NCBI GenBank assembly: GCA_964611895.1 | Contig: CAZTDN010000008.1 | Span: forward strand, 13,328-77,327 | Direction: 5' to 3' | Length of the DNA: 64,000 bases | From: an uncultured Pseudobdellovibrionaceae bacterium | GTDB lineage: Bacteria; Bdellovibrionota; FAC87; UBA2466 | Shown: one piece after another, positions 50,348 through 59,643 of the stretch | Layout of the letters: each line of letters starts with the position of its first letter | Numbering within the stretch: position 1 is the stretch's first letter | Notes under the pieces: model-generated | What the model was told of the DNA's origin: nothing | Database searches by the model: none | Seen by the model: only the letters and a program-made list of their open reading frames with translations | Made by a program: the position numbers and the translations under genes

Positions 50348-51505
50348 ATGCGATCACCTAAATCGATCCAATGTCTTTCCATGGCTGCGCGGCTTTGTTT
50401 AGCTGTTTTCCTGTTGCCGGTGCTCTTACTCGCTGAGCATCGCACTGGTGACCCCACCCCATCAAAGTCACGCACCACAAATAAATACCGAAGGTGTTTC
50501 TGCGTTTTTCATGCGAACCCTGCAAACAAATCCTATCTATGCTCGCTGGCTGGAAGGGATTCCTTCAATGACCGTTCCGGAGAGTGGGAGAAGGCGCCTA
50601 AGGGGATTTTTGCACAGACCGAGGTGAAAACCATGGGAGCTTGCCGCTCTTGGTGCGACCATGAGTTTGAGAACAAGAAAGATCTCTATTGCAGCTACTC
50701 CCAGCTATCTCTCACAAGCACAGGTGTCCCGGTGGAAGAGCGAACCCAGCTGCAAATGGAGGCGTGCCGTCAACAAGGAATCGAACTCCCGCCCCGTCCT
50801 TTCAGCAAGGGATGGATCCAGTTAAAGGACGATGCTGGAAACACGGTGATTCCCGAATCCGACTTGTGGGTTAAAACAGGAGATGCCGCACTGTGGAAGT
50901 GGGTTTCTGCTTCTGCGAGCACGACTTGTGTCGGGATGAGACGCTTCGATCCAAAAGATCTCCCCTCTAACAATGCAACTGGAATTATTTGTTGGGCCAA
51001 GAACGGTGCGGGAGAATGTCCTACCTGTTTTTTTGATACCCCTCAATCCGCGCCCTCCCCAGATGGAAAAACCCTCGGAGATGAATTGCATGCCTATCGC
51101 CACCATCAGACCATCGACTCGAGCCCTGGGGAGGTTTGCACCGCCTGCCATGCTAATAAATCCAATCCACTCCTCTTTTCTCCTAGAATGAAGTCTTTCC
51201 TCCCAAAGTCCCCCGACTGCAAAAGTTTTGCTGCTGTGGGTTTTGAAATGCATCGACCTCCCGTGATCGAAAGGCGCCTTACTAACAACAAGGCCCTGGA
51301 GTCTTGCGCTGCATGCCACCCTGGCTGGGAAAAGGAATTCAATATCTCCTCGCCCTACGCGATGACTGTGCTCCGGCAAGCATTGAAGAAAGATAAGCAC
51401 GGAACTCCTTACATGCCTATGGGAGGGACTGACAAGGAGGATGAGGCCGTGCGCCTTCTGAATGAGATGGTCGATGAAATCCGGTCGAATGTCTTAGGTC
51501 GCTAG
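50348..51505 (+). CDS. Secreted Cys-rich protein with two CXXCH haem-c binding motifs (putative dihaem c-type cytochrome domain)
   Basis: Signal peptide MRSPKSIQCLSMAARLCLAVFLLPVLLLA. CTACH and CAACH about 47 residues apart in the C-terminal third, plus 12 or more other Cys. Confidence 0.55.
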   Translation: MRSPKSIQCLSMAARLCLAVFLLPVLLLAEHRTGDPTPSKSRTTNKYRRCFCVFHANPANKSYLCSLAGRDSFNDRSGEWEKAPKGIFAQTEVKTMGACRSWCDHEFENKKDLYCSYSQLSLTSTGVPVEERTQLQMEACRQQGIELPPRPFSKGWIQLKDDAGNTVIPESDLWVKTGDAALWKWVSASASTTCVGMRRFDPKDLPSNNATGIICWAKNGAGECPTCFFDTPQSAPSPDGKTLGDELHAYRHHQTIDSSPGEVCTACHANKSNPLLFSPRMKSFLPKSPDCKSFAAVGFEMHRPPVIERRLTNNKALESCAACHPGWEKEFNISSPYAMTVLRQALKKDKHGTPYMPMGGTDKEDEAVRLLNEMVDEIRSNVLGR

Positions 51506-51535
51506 TGACCTACATGAATCTGCTAAAATATCAGC

Positions 51536-53368
51536 ATGTACCAACCCCGGCTAGATGGAATCCGCGGATTATCGATCCTTGCGGTACTGGCCTACCATTT
51601 CGAAGTACCTGGTTTTAGCGGTGGGTATATCGGCGTCGACGTATTCTTTGTCCTGTCGGGTTACCTAATCACTTCACTTATTCTGCAGGAACTTCGCGCT
51701 GGCACCTTCAGCGTTTTTCAGTTTTGGGGGAAGAGAATCCGACGTCTACTGCCCGCCTATTTGGCGATGGCTTTGGCATGCTTGATAGCAGGATTCTTTT
51801 TACTCGCCGTTTCTGATTTTTCTAGACTGGCAATGTCGTTGCTTTGGCAGTCGCTCTCCGCCTCGAATCTGTACCTTAAAAAATACGTCGGCTATTTCGA
51901 TCCCCCCAGCGATCTCAATCCATTCACCCACACTTGGTCGCTCGCTGTCGAAGAACAGTTCTACCTAGTTTTTCCACTGGTCCTATTCGGTTTGAGAAAT
52001 CGCTCCAAAGCCATCCCCATCACCATGGGAGTGGTTTGTCTCGCTTCTTTTGCGTGCTGCGCCTTTGTTCAATCCACGGCACCCGTGGAAGCGTTCTTTC
52101 TCACCCCGCATCGGGCCTGGGAAATCTTAGCCGGAGGGGGACTTGCCTTTATTCAATGGCTGCCCACGCCGCACTCGACCCTAGCCACTCTGAGCCTGGG
52201 CATGGTGAGCTTGCCCCCATTTACTTTCAACGCTTCAACGGCTCACCCCTCTTGGATCACTCTGCTCCCTACCCTCGGGACCTGTGGCCTCATCGCCTTT
52301 GCCACCCCCACCACTCCTGCCGGGAGAATTCTCAGCCACCCCCGTCTGGTTCAGCTAGGGCAACTCTCCTACTCCCTCTACCTTTGGCACTGGCCCCTCC
52401 TTGCCTTTTATCGATACCGGTGGGGCTACCAGTTTTCCCTCCAAACTCTGTGGCTACTTCCCCTCGTTCTGATTTGCTCCACGCTGTCCTATAGGTACCT
52501 CGAGCGGCCTGCACGCACTCTTTGGCCAGCACGCAACGTTGTTCTGGGTTCCGTGCTGGCATCGACGATAATCTCCGCTTTGGCATGTGGGGTGCTCTGG
52601 AAAGAAGGCTTTCCGGAGCGTTTCAGTCACTCATCCCTTCGCTTCGAGAGGGCCTCCCTCGACAGAGAAAACTGGAAACTCCAAGGCGAGGCGCGCCTAA
52701 AGAAACTCATCCCCACACAACGTCAAAAAACAACACGTGTGCTTTTTTGGGGCAATAGCCACCGCGGACACTTACACCCCGTGGTTCGCATTCTGGCAGC
52801 GAAATACGGGGTTGATATCGAGTACCCCACTCAAAACTGTCCTTGGTTTATATTGGAACCACCATCTCATCCGTGTGCAAAGGCGACACGACTAGCTTTA
52901 GAACGACTAAACAATGGCCAATACACGCACCTGCTCTGGGCGGCAGGCTGGGAAAGGCTCAGTACGGAAAGAGATTTCGAAACTAAACTCCAAACCACCG
53001 GGAAGCTCATCCAACAAACAGGGGTCAACACCACGGTGGTGCTGCCCATCCCCATTTACACCATCCCCATTCCCGCCCGACTTTCCATGGCCACCCATTG
53101 GAACGAAGATCTGAACTCACTCCATGGCAACTGGTCCCAGTTCAAACGCCAAATCGCCGCGGTCGAAAAAACCCTGGCGTCTACGCTCCCGCCAAGTTTT
53201 CACCAGATAGATCCCGCGCCAGCTCTTTGCCCCAATCAAAACATCTGTTTGACACACAAAGACGGACAATCTCTCTACTCCGACACGAACCACCTCACCA
53301 TTGCCGGTGCGCTGGAACTGCTACCCGCACTAGAGCCTTATTTTAAGCGCATTAGCCAGGTACAATAA
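51536..53368 (+). CDS. Acyltransferase-3 family O-acyltransferase with C-terminal SGNH domain (OafA/YrhL-like)
   Basis: 610 aa. N-terminal RLDGIRGLSILAVLAYH...VDVFFVLSGYLIT (AT3 motifs), about 10 TM helices, then an SGNH-like C-terminal domain. Confidence 0.85.
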   Translation: MYQPRLDGIRGLSILAVLAYHFEVPGFSGGYIGVDVFFVLSGYLITSLILQELRAGTFSVFQFWGKRIRRLLPAYLAMALACLIAGFFLLAVSDFSRLAMSLLWQSLSASNLYLKKYVGYFDPPSDLNPFTHTWSLAVEEQFYLVFPLVLFGLRNRSKAIPITMGVVCLASFACCAFVQSTAPVEAFFLTPHRAWEILAGGGLAFIQWLPTPHSTLATLSLGMVSLPPFTFNASTAHPSWITLLPTLGTCGLIAFATPTTPAGRILSHPRLVQLGQLSYSLYLWHWPLLAFYRYRWGYQFSLQTLWLLPLVLICSTLSYRYLERPARTLWPARNVVLGSVLASTIISALACGVLWKEGFPERFSHSSLRFERASLDRENWKLQGEARLKKLIPTQRQKTTRVLFWGNSHRGHLHPVVRILAAKYGVDIEYPTQNCPWFILEPPSHPCAKATRLALERLNNGQYTHLLWAAGWERLSTERDFETKLQTTGKLIQQTGVNTTVVLPIPIYTIPIPARLSMATHWNEDLNSLHGNWSQFKRQIAAVEKTLASTLPPSFHQIDPAPALCPNQNICLTHKDGQSLYSDTNHLTIAGALELLPALEPYFKRISQVQ

Positions 53369-53372
53369 CCCG

Positions 53373-54959
53373 ATGGACGCTGTTCGCAGCCAGTACGAAA
53401 AATGGCCCTACCCTAACGTCCCTCTATTGGCGCGTGTTCCTGCAAGTCGGCTATGGCAGATCAACGCGGCGTGGATCGCTGCTCGCGCACACCAACCCGT
53501 AGTCGAAAACCCTTCTATCTGGATAGCAGGTTGCGGAACATTTCAGCCCTATGTTTTTGCGCAGGCAAATCCGAGCAGCCCCATTCTTGCGACGGATATT
53601 TCACAAACTTCGTTGGATATCGCCCGCCGACGCTGTCGCAATCATGGATTGCGTAACCTCACATTCGAAACTCTAGACTTGAGCGATCCATCCGCTTTTC
53701 CAAGCGAACAGTTTGATCTCATCGAATGTTACGGCGTGTTAATGTGCCTGCCCGACCCGGCCCTCACGCTGCGCGAGCTGGCCCAGCGCCTCAAACCCGG
53801 AGGCGTGCTGCGCCTGATGGTCTACCCCCATTATGGCAGGCAACGCATTTTTCAGATTCAACGCCTCGCCAAGATCTTGGGGCTCCATTACCAAGATGAC
53901 AAAGCCCCCTCTACATTGCGCAAGATCCTTCGAGCGCTTCCTGAACAGCACCCACTGGCCTACGCATTTGCGTCCTATGCCGATTCCGCGAACTCCCAAG
54001 GTATTGTCGATGCTTTCTTGCACGCTTCCGATCGCGGTTTTACTGGCATCGAGATCTGCGATCTAATCGATCGCGCCGGACTGGATCTGGCGTTTGCGTT
54101 GCACCGCCCCTGGGGCCAACCCCGCGCCATGGCCGAAAAACTTGGATTGCTGCCGCACGACCCCGCTCAATGGCTCCACTACTTGGATCTGTGGCAAAAT
54201 CTCCGAACTAATTTTATCTTGTGCGCGATTCCGAAGATTCGACCACAAACGGAGGCACCGGCCCGCTTTACTCACCCGCTATTTTCGCTACAAAACCGCA
54301 GCCTTCCGTGGAGGGAACGCGCGCGCTTGCTCACCATGGCAGCGCTCGGAGCAGAAGTCGATTCGCGCACCCATGCCGACGGCTGCTTGCGTCTGAAGGG
54401 TTCTCAGGTGCGCAGACTCCTCGCCAACCAAATTGATTCTCAAACGCAGGACATCGCCCATCCCCAGAAAGAAGCTGTCTTGGGGCCCGCTTTCCTGGGT
54501 ACGAGTCGCCAGATATCGCCCAACACCCACTGGGCGCTGCGTCCCGGTCCACTCGCCCCCAATCCGCTATACGCTCACTTGTTCGATGCCTACTGTTATC
54601 AAGAACAGTGGACTTCTCACTTTGCACACCCGTTCCCCAACCTCGAAGCTCAACTACGCCGCTGGAAGCCCCTTTGCGAACCACTAGAGGACTCTACCCA
54701 TCCTTTTGGACTCACCCCTTTTGGAACCCTGAATCACTCGCCACCAGCCGTCAGTCAGGCAGCGAGGGATTTTGCCAAGCTCCCCACGCTGGAGTTTGAG
54801 GGCTGGCGCCCGCGAGATCGTTCGGCACACCAACAAACGGTGCGGAAGTTTCTCAAAGAATTGGAAGTACGAAAAACAGACTTTACAGAATCCGAACTCG
54901 AAGAGCTATGGGTGCTTTTGTTTAGCTATGATCGGCTCTTTCTACCCTACGAGAACTAA
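53373..54959 (+). CDS. Class I SAM-dependent methyltransferase domain protein with about 300-aa C-terminal extension of unknown function
   Basis: Motif I-like WIAGCGTFQ; motif post-I DLSD; LKPGGVLRL (motif III). No recognised motif in the C-terminal half. Confidence 0.6.
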   Translation: MDAVRSQYEKWPYPNVPLLARVPASRLWQINAAWIAARAHQPVVENPSIWIAGCGTFQPYVFAQANPSSPILATDISQTSLDIARRRCRNHGLRNLTFETLDLSDPSAFPSEQFDLIECYGVLMCLPDPALTLRELAQRLKPGGVLRLMVYPHYGRQRIFQIQRLAKILGLHYQDDKAPSTLRKILRALPEQHPLAYAFASYADSANSQGIVDAFLHASDRGFTGIEICDLIDRAGLDLAFALHRPWGQPRAMAEKLGLLPHDPAQWLHYLDLWQNLRTNFILCAIPKIRPQTEAPARFTHPLFSLQNRSLPWRERARLLTMAALGAEVDSRTHADGCLRLKGSQVRRLLANQIDSQTQDIAHPQKEAVLGPAFLGTSRQISPNTHWALRPGPLAPNPLYAHLFDAYCYQEQWTSHFAHPFPNLEAQLRRWKPLCEPLEDSTHPFGLTPFGTLNHSPPAVSQAARDFAKLPTLEFEGWRPRDRSAHQQTVRKFLKELEVRKTDFTESELEELWVLLFSYDRLFLPYEN

Positions 54960-54962
54960 AGC

Positions 54963-56306
54963 ATGCACAAGACAAATGCCCCACGGTTGCGGTGCCTGAC
55001 GGTTTGTTTCCTAGTGGCGTTTCACTCCCTGATTTCAGTGTTGAAAGCGCAGACCCCGGATGAAGCTCAGATCAGCGAGCTCCTCTACCGAGCTGAAAAT
55101 AGAAATATCATCCGCATGGCAAGAATGTCCCCTGAGGAACTGGCCGAGCTCACCTCCAAAGTTCAAGATCGATTCAAGTCGCCACTTCCCTTTGGACCCA
55201 ATGCTACTCCCGAGTCCTATTTCAAATACGCCCAGACATTGCACCACCTACAAAACGCCTACCACGCCGAGTTTGATGCCGCTCAACGGCCAGAGACAGC
55301 TCGGCTCTGGCAAGAGATCAACAAGTCTCTTGCCCAGGCAGTCTACGTTGGAATGGCGAAGACCAACACGGGCGATAGCCCCATCGAACTTCGCAGAGCT
55401 GTCCGCATGGGACTCGACGCCATTCGTTTTGAGTCTGCCAATGACAAAAAAGATTTTCTAAAGGCCTATCTCACGATCGCCGATCGTATCCGCGTTCGAA
55501 ACGGCGCGGATCACCTGGCTGAGTTGCTGAGTTTTCAGCCTCAGGAAAAGGGAGTCAATGTCTTGAACCGCGCAGAAAATGCAGAGTTTATATTTGATTT
55601 TGTCGCCACTCAAATTTCGGCTCCCGACCAGAAGAGGGCGCTCCTTGAAGCTCTCGCGCTCGACATGGAGCACGTGCTCAAATCCAAAGAGCAGGAGTGG
55701 TGGGGGGCACAGCAGTGGAGCGAAAAAATTCGAGAGGCCAACGAACCCGGGTTTAACTCCAATCGATCGGATTTTCTCGCGAAGTTTCACGCCCTGAGTA
55801 AGGCGCTGTTTACCCAAGCCGAGAAGGACAGTCCCTTGAAGTACCGCAGCTTTGCGTTGGCACTGCAATCGATCGATCAAAACTGGCCCGACAAAGCCCG
55901 CGAGCAGTTCCACGATCTTTTTGCAAACTATGCCCCGGCTGATCGATCCGGACGGGCAGCCTTCGTCGAATCTCTCGCAAACCGAATGAGCCTCGCAGCG
56001 GTGCCAAACGAACCCACCCTCCGACGCCTGATCGATCTCTTTGTTTTGCACAATGACAATCCAAACCTCGCAGAATGGAAAGCAGCCTCCGCGCTCACCG
56101 CATTGATTCCAGGATTCAAGGCTAACCAAATCGGTCTTGGACGCAAAGCAGACACCTTTGTCGAGTTGGACGCAAAGGCTGCGCAGTTCGAAGATTGGCT
56201 ACAACGCAAAGATCCCCGCCTCTCGGCTCGTGCATGGCGCTTTCTCAAAGGGTCTGCCGGGGCCGTGGTCTGTGGCATGGCGTACAGCCACCTGATCCAT
56301 CAGTAA
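54963..56306 (+). CDS. Hypothetical secreted protein (447 aa), helical/repeat-like
   Basis: Signal peptide MHKTNAPRLRCLTVCFLVAFHSLISVLKA. 4 nt after the preceding gene. No motif recognised. Confidence 0.5.
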   Translation: MHKTNAPRLRCLTVCFLVAFHSLISVLKAQTPDEAQISELLYRAENRNIIRMARMSPEELAELTSKVQDRFKSPLPFGPNATPESYFKYAQTLHHLQNAYHAEFDAAQRPETARLWQEINKSLAQAVYVGMAKTNTGDSPIELRRAVRMGLDAIRFESANDKKDFLKAYLTIADRIRVRNGADHLAELLSFQPQEKGVNVLNRAENAEFIFDFVATQISAPDQKRALLEALALDMEHVLKSKEQEWWGAQQWSEKIREANEPGFNSNRSDFLAKFHALSKALFTQAEKDSPLKYRSFALALQSIDQNWPDKAREQFHDLFANYAPADRSGRAAFVESLANRMSLAAVPNEPTLRRLIDLFVLHNDNPNLAEWKAASALTALIPGFKANQIGLGRKADTFVELDAKAAQFEDWLQRKDPRLSARAWRFLKGSAGAVVCGMAYSHLIHQ

Positions 56307-56318
56307 CCCATTGGAATC

Positions 56319-56837
56319 ATGTTGCTTTTTTTGAGTATTGCTCCACCTCAAAAACCCAGCTATAGATCCGGAACTTTGAAGCAAACTTTGCGTTTCTCAC
56401 TCGCCTTCTCCCTGATCCTTGCCCCTGCTCTCGAGGCGACTTCTCCTGCGGAGAATGTGCTCTCGATCGCCGAATTGGACGCCCGTTTTCTTCAACACTG
56501 CCCCGAGCTGGTCACACGCTACCTGAGTTACCTCGGGCGGGCTCAACTCACGGACACCGATCGCCTTGCACGCACGTTAACGGCCTATCTCCATGACGAA
56601 CGCGCATTGAGCCGAATTGCCTTTGGGCTGACGAACTGCCCCAAAACAGACCTGGGTCTAGCAGCAGTGCACGCACGATTAAACTCACCCATTGGACTTA
56701 GCGAAGACTTGCGCGAAGAATTCTACAGAGTGCTGAAAAACTGGGGGGAAGACCCGGAATCTACCCCGCCAACGCTGCGTCTTTTTCTCGGGTCACCTGA
56801 CGCAGCAATAACCCCCATAGAATCAGAAGCGCAATAA
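56319..56837 (+). CDS. Hypothetical protein (172 aa)
   Basis: Hydrophobic N-terminus (LRFSLAFSLILAPALEA). 12 nt after the preceding gene. No motif recognised. Confidence 0.4.
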   Translation: MLLFLSIAPPQKPSYRSGTLKQTLRFSLAFSLILAPALEATSPAENVLSIAELDARFLQHCPELVTRYLSYLGRAQLTDTDRLARTLTAYLHDERALSRIAFGLTNCPKTDLGLAAVHARLNSPIGLSEDLREEFYRVLKNWGEDPESTPPTLRLFLGSPDAAITPIESEAQ

Positions 56838-57882
56838 ACACACTTTGATTTGTTTCCAAAAAAGTACAGATTCGAACTCCAATGATATCCCGGTTGCTTG
56901 CCCCGAGAAAAATGCAAAGGCTCGCAATCCAAATGCGTTCTCCCTTGCTTGCAAAGCACCACATAACTGGGAGAACTGCCCACAGGAGTGAGTATGTCTG
57001 CTGCCAGGGTAGCGGACTGCTCATCAAAGCCAACCAAACCCAAGCGCTAGCAGTCCTAAAAAAAAGACTGGGATATCTTCCAGCTTCATCAATCGAAAAT
57101 CGCGGAAGCACTTTTGCCGCTACAATGGCAAATGGCGCCGCCAACAAAAAGCATTTTTCCGAATGCCCATCCCAACCGAAAAACTGCATTGCAAAAGGAA
57201 AAAAACCCTGCAGATTCAAATTACCCGGAGTCAGGGGCATCACCCCCTGGGTATTTCGCATCTGCGCCGCCCACGCGAACCAATAGTGTGGCGAAGGGAT
57301 AAGTATCAAAAAACTCAAAACTCCCCCCATCACCCAAGCGGTCCGCCTGTCTCTAAGGCGATATGCAAAAAATGCAACCAAGGAGTGAATCTTGATCACC
57401 GCACCGAGAGCGAGGACGAACGGTCCCCAGTATCGACGCGGGGCAGTCTGCACCAGCGCAGCCGTCAAGAGAGCCAGGTTGAGAAACATTCCAATGTTAC
57501 TCGCCCGGAATTCGCCATCGACAAAACGAAACGCTCCCAGCACAGCGCAAACCAACCCAGCCAGAAAAGCCGGAGACTTTGCAACCAAGCGCCACGCCAA
57601 CACCGGAACCAAGATCGCTGCCGAGAGGTGCACCAGTGCATACGCCCAGCGAGCCCACTCAAACGGAAGCCAAGCAAAAGGGATAAAATAAAACACCGTC
57701 AGCGGAGCGTATTTAAAAGCGTACCCGCCCTCAAAAACGTAAAAAGCCTCACCAGACAAAAGGCGGTTGGCCGCCTTGTAATAGGCGGTGAAATCCCTTC
57801 CATCTCCACGCAGTTGCTGGATAAAACAACTCGCCGCAAGCAAGGCTACGATCAGTACGAAAGCAAGACGGCGCTTAGTCAT
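56761..57882 (-). CDS. DUF2029 / GT-C (GT87-like) polytopic membrane glycosyltransferase-like protein
   Basis: RDFTAYYKAANRLLSGEAFYVFEGGYAFKYAPLTVFYFIPFAWLP resembles the DUF2029 signature. About 10 TM helices. Start at MTKRR (57882) or the upstream M (57936). Confidence 0.5.
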   Translation of the reverse strand: MTKRRLAFVLIVALLAASCFIQQLRGDGRDFTAYYKAANRLLSGEAFYVFEGGYAFKYAPLTVFYFIPFAWLPFEWARWAYALVHLSAAILVPVLAWRLVAKSPAFLAGLVCAVLGAFRFVDGEFRASNIGMFLNLALLTAALVQTAPRRYWGPFVLALGAVIKIHSLVAFFAYRLRDRRTAWVMGGVLSFLILIPSPHYWFAWAAQMRNTQGVMPLTPGNLNLQGFFPFAMQFFGWDGHSEKCFLLAAPFAIVAAKVLPRFSIDEAGRYPSLFFRTASAWVWLALMSSPLPWQQTYSLLWAVLPVMWCFASKGERIWIASLCIFLGASNRDIIGVRICTFLETNQSVFIALLILWGLLLRQVTREKDAALAG

Positions 57883-58249
57883 ACTCAAAGCCAAGAGAAA
57901 AACTAAGAAACAGACCCGCCAACACGAGCAATGCAATCACACCCAGACGAAACTCCCGCTGTTTGAAGAACAAGTAGGCACTCAATAGCACCCGGAGCGA
58001 CGGCAAACAGATCAAGGCAACCAACCCCACATAAGAACTCAACAGCCCCCAATTGCGCTGCGACCAGGCACGCGTCCAGGATTCGTAGAATGAAATCGCA
58101 TTGTAGGTTTGAAACTTTTCAAACGGAGACTCCGGGCTTCCGATTTGCAATGCCCAACCGATCAACAAAAAGCTACTTGCTGCCAGAACACCATAGCGTA
58201 GCAAGAGCGCTATTTTCAGCTCAAGCTGTTCCAAATTGTGATTGCTCAT
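57875..58249 (-). CDS. DUF1634-like small membrane protein
   Basis: About 124 aa from MSNHNLEQLELKIALLLRYGVLAASSFLLIGWAL. ATGA-coupled to the upstream TauE gene. The TauE/DUF1634 pairing is a known conserved neighbourhood. Confidence 0.4.
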   Translation of the reverse strand: MSNHNLEQLELKIALLLRYGVLAASSFLLIGWALQIGSPESPFEKFQTYNAISFYESWTRAWSQRNWGLLSSYVGLVALICLPSLRVLLSAYLFFKQREFRLGVIALLVLAGLFLSFSLGFEYD

Positions 58250-59061
58250 TGAAGCCCTCGGTAAATCATTTGCAAAGAAACGATACCCATCACCAGAACG
58301 AATACGCGCCGAACAGTGCGGGCCGGAAGCTTGACCATATAGGCCGCTCCAATCCAAGCACCGATGACAATTCCCACCGCCACCGGACCTGCAATTTCGG
58401 GGCGCACATCACCGCGTATCAAATAGGCACCGGCACTGGCGGTGGCCGTAACTCCAATCATGAAGTTTGAGGTCGCCGACGAAACTTTAATGGGCAGCTT
58501 CATCGCTCCATCCATGGCCATGACCTTAAAAATTCCACTGCCGATCCCCAAAAGGGCTGACAATGCCCCAGCAAGTACCATAGTAGCTAAGCCTAACGGA
58601 ACATGGTCTACGGAGTAGGCGATCTGCTTTCCTCCTTCGGGGTAAACACCCGCCAACCCCAGCGACTCCGACCAAGGGTGATTGCGCCCCGGCCCATTTT
58701 GGCCGTCCTTCTTGCGGCCCATCATCAGCGCCGAAAAAAATAGAAACACCCCAAAAAGCAAAAACAAAAACGAAGTCCCCACCTTTGAAGAAATCAAAAA
58801 ACCCAACATTGCCCCAGCAACTGTTCCAACTTCAAGCAACACTGCTAAACGCAGATTCGTCAGCCGATCCCGCAAATAACTCGCGGCGGCTCCGGAAGAA
58901 GAAGCCACAATCGAAATCAAACTCGCCGCAATCGCGTATCGAATATCGACATCAAAGAGCAGCGTGAGCACGGGAACAATGATGATTCCGCCGCCCAAAC
59001 CCAAGAGCGCGCCGAGAAAGCCCGCTCCGATAGAGAAAGAAAACAAAACGATTTCGTCCAT
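58246..59061 (-). CDS. TauE/SafE (TSUP) family anion exporter
   Basis: 271 aa. Two repeats with GLGGGIIIVPVL / GIGSGIFKV motifs, 7-8 TM helices. Confidence 0.85.
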   Translation of the reverse strand: MDEIVLFSFSIGAGFLGALLGLGGGIIIVPVLTLLFDVDIRYAIAASLISIVASSSGAAASYLRDRLTNLRLAVLLEVGTVAGAMLGFLISSKVGTSFLFLLFGVFLFFSALMMGRKKDGQNGPGRNHPWSESLGLAGVYPEGGKQIAYSVDHVPLGLATMVLAGALSALLGIGSGIFKVMAMDGAMKLPIKVSSATSNFMIGVTATASAGAYLIRGDVRPEIAGPVAVGIVIGAWIGAAYMVKLPARTVRRVFVLVMGIVSLQMIYRGLQ

Positions 59062-59145
59062 AACGTGGCTTCATGCTTAAACAATCGAAGATCAAGGTCA
59101 AGGCAAGTCCATAGTCTTGGACAGGAAATAAAGGTAACATGAGGT

Positions 59146-59643
59146 ATGTTTTTCCTCGGACACCTGGGCATCGGCAAAACCATGGCAAAACCATGGAGTG
59201 CGAGTCTCCCACTGTTTTGGATCCTGGTTGGGTGTGTGCTTCCCGACCTTATCGACAAACCCTTGTATTATGGCCTCTCTTGGTACACGGGCCTAAGAGG
59301 GCAGGACCTCGGCCTCATCAGCGGAACCCGTACCTTTGGACACACTGGCATTCTTTGGGCCTTGCTTGTGGCTTCGGGTTTTATTTCTAAAAAAGCTCGA
59401 AGTGTCGCGCTGGGACTGAGCACGCATTTGATCTTAGACTTTACGACAGACGCTTTAGACGGGCACTTGTGGGATAGCAGTTGCGCCCTGGCATTTGTTT
59501 TTCCAGCGCTGGGCGTTCGCTTTCCGGTCTCACCATTCGATAATCTCGAAAACCACCTGTCCGTCTTGATGCACCGAGCGTCGATTATCGGGGGAGAAAT
59601 TGCGGGGGCTTACCTCCTCTGGAGGCGCCCCCGTTCTCGTTAG
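59146..59643 (+). CDS. Membrane-bound metal-dependent hydrolase (YdjM/DUF457-like)
   Basis: 165 aa. N-terminal MFFLGHLGIG and conserved His residues in TM helices (GHTGILWAL, STHLILD), typical of the YdjM family. Confidence 0.6.
   Translation: MFFLGHLGIGKTMAKPWSASLPLFWILVGCVLPDLIDKPLYYGLSWYTGLRGQDLGLISGTRTFGHTGILWALLVASGFISKKARSVALGLSTHLILDFTTDALDGHLWDSSCALAFVFPALGVRFPVSPFDNLENHLSVLMHRASIIGGEIAGAYLLWRRPRSR

Noticed and set aside
55458-56129. 223-aa minus-strand ORF
   Set aside because: It competes with the longer plus-strand 447-aa ORF. The latter has a signal peptide and starts 4 nt after the preceding co-directional gene, so the plus-strand ORF is preferred.
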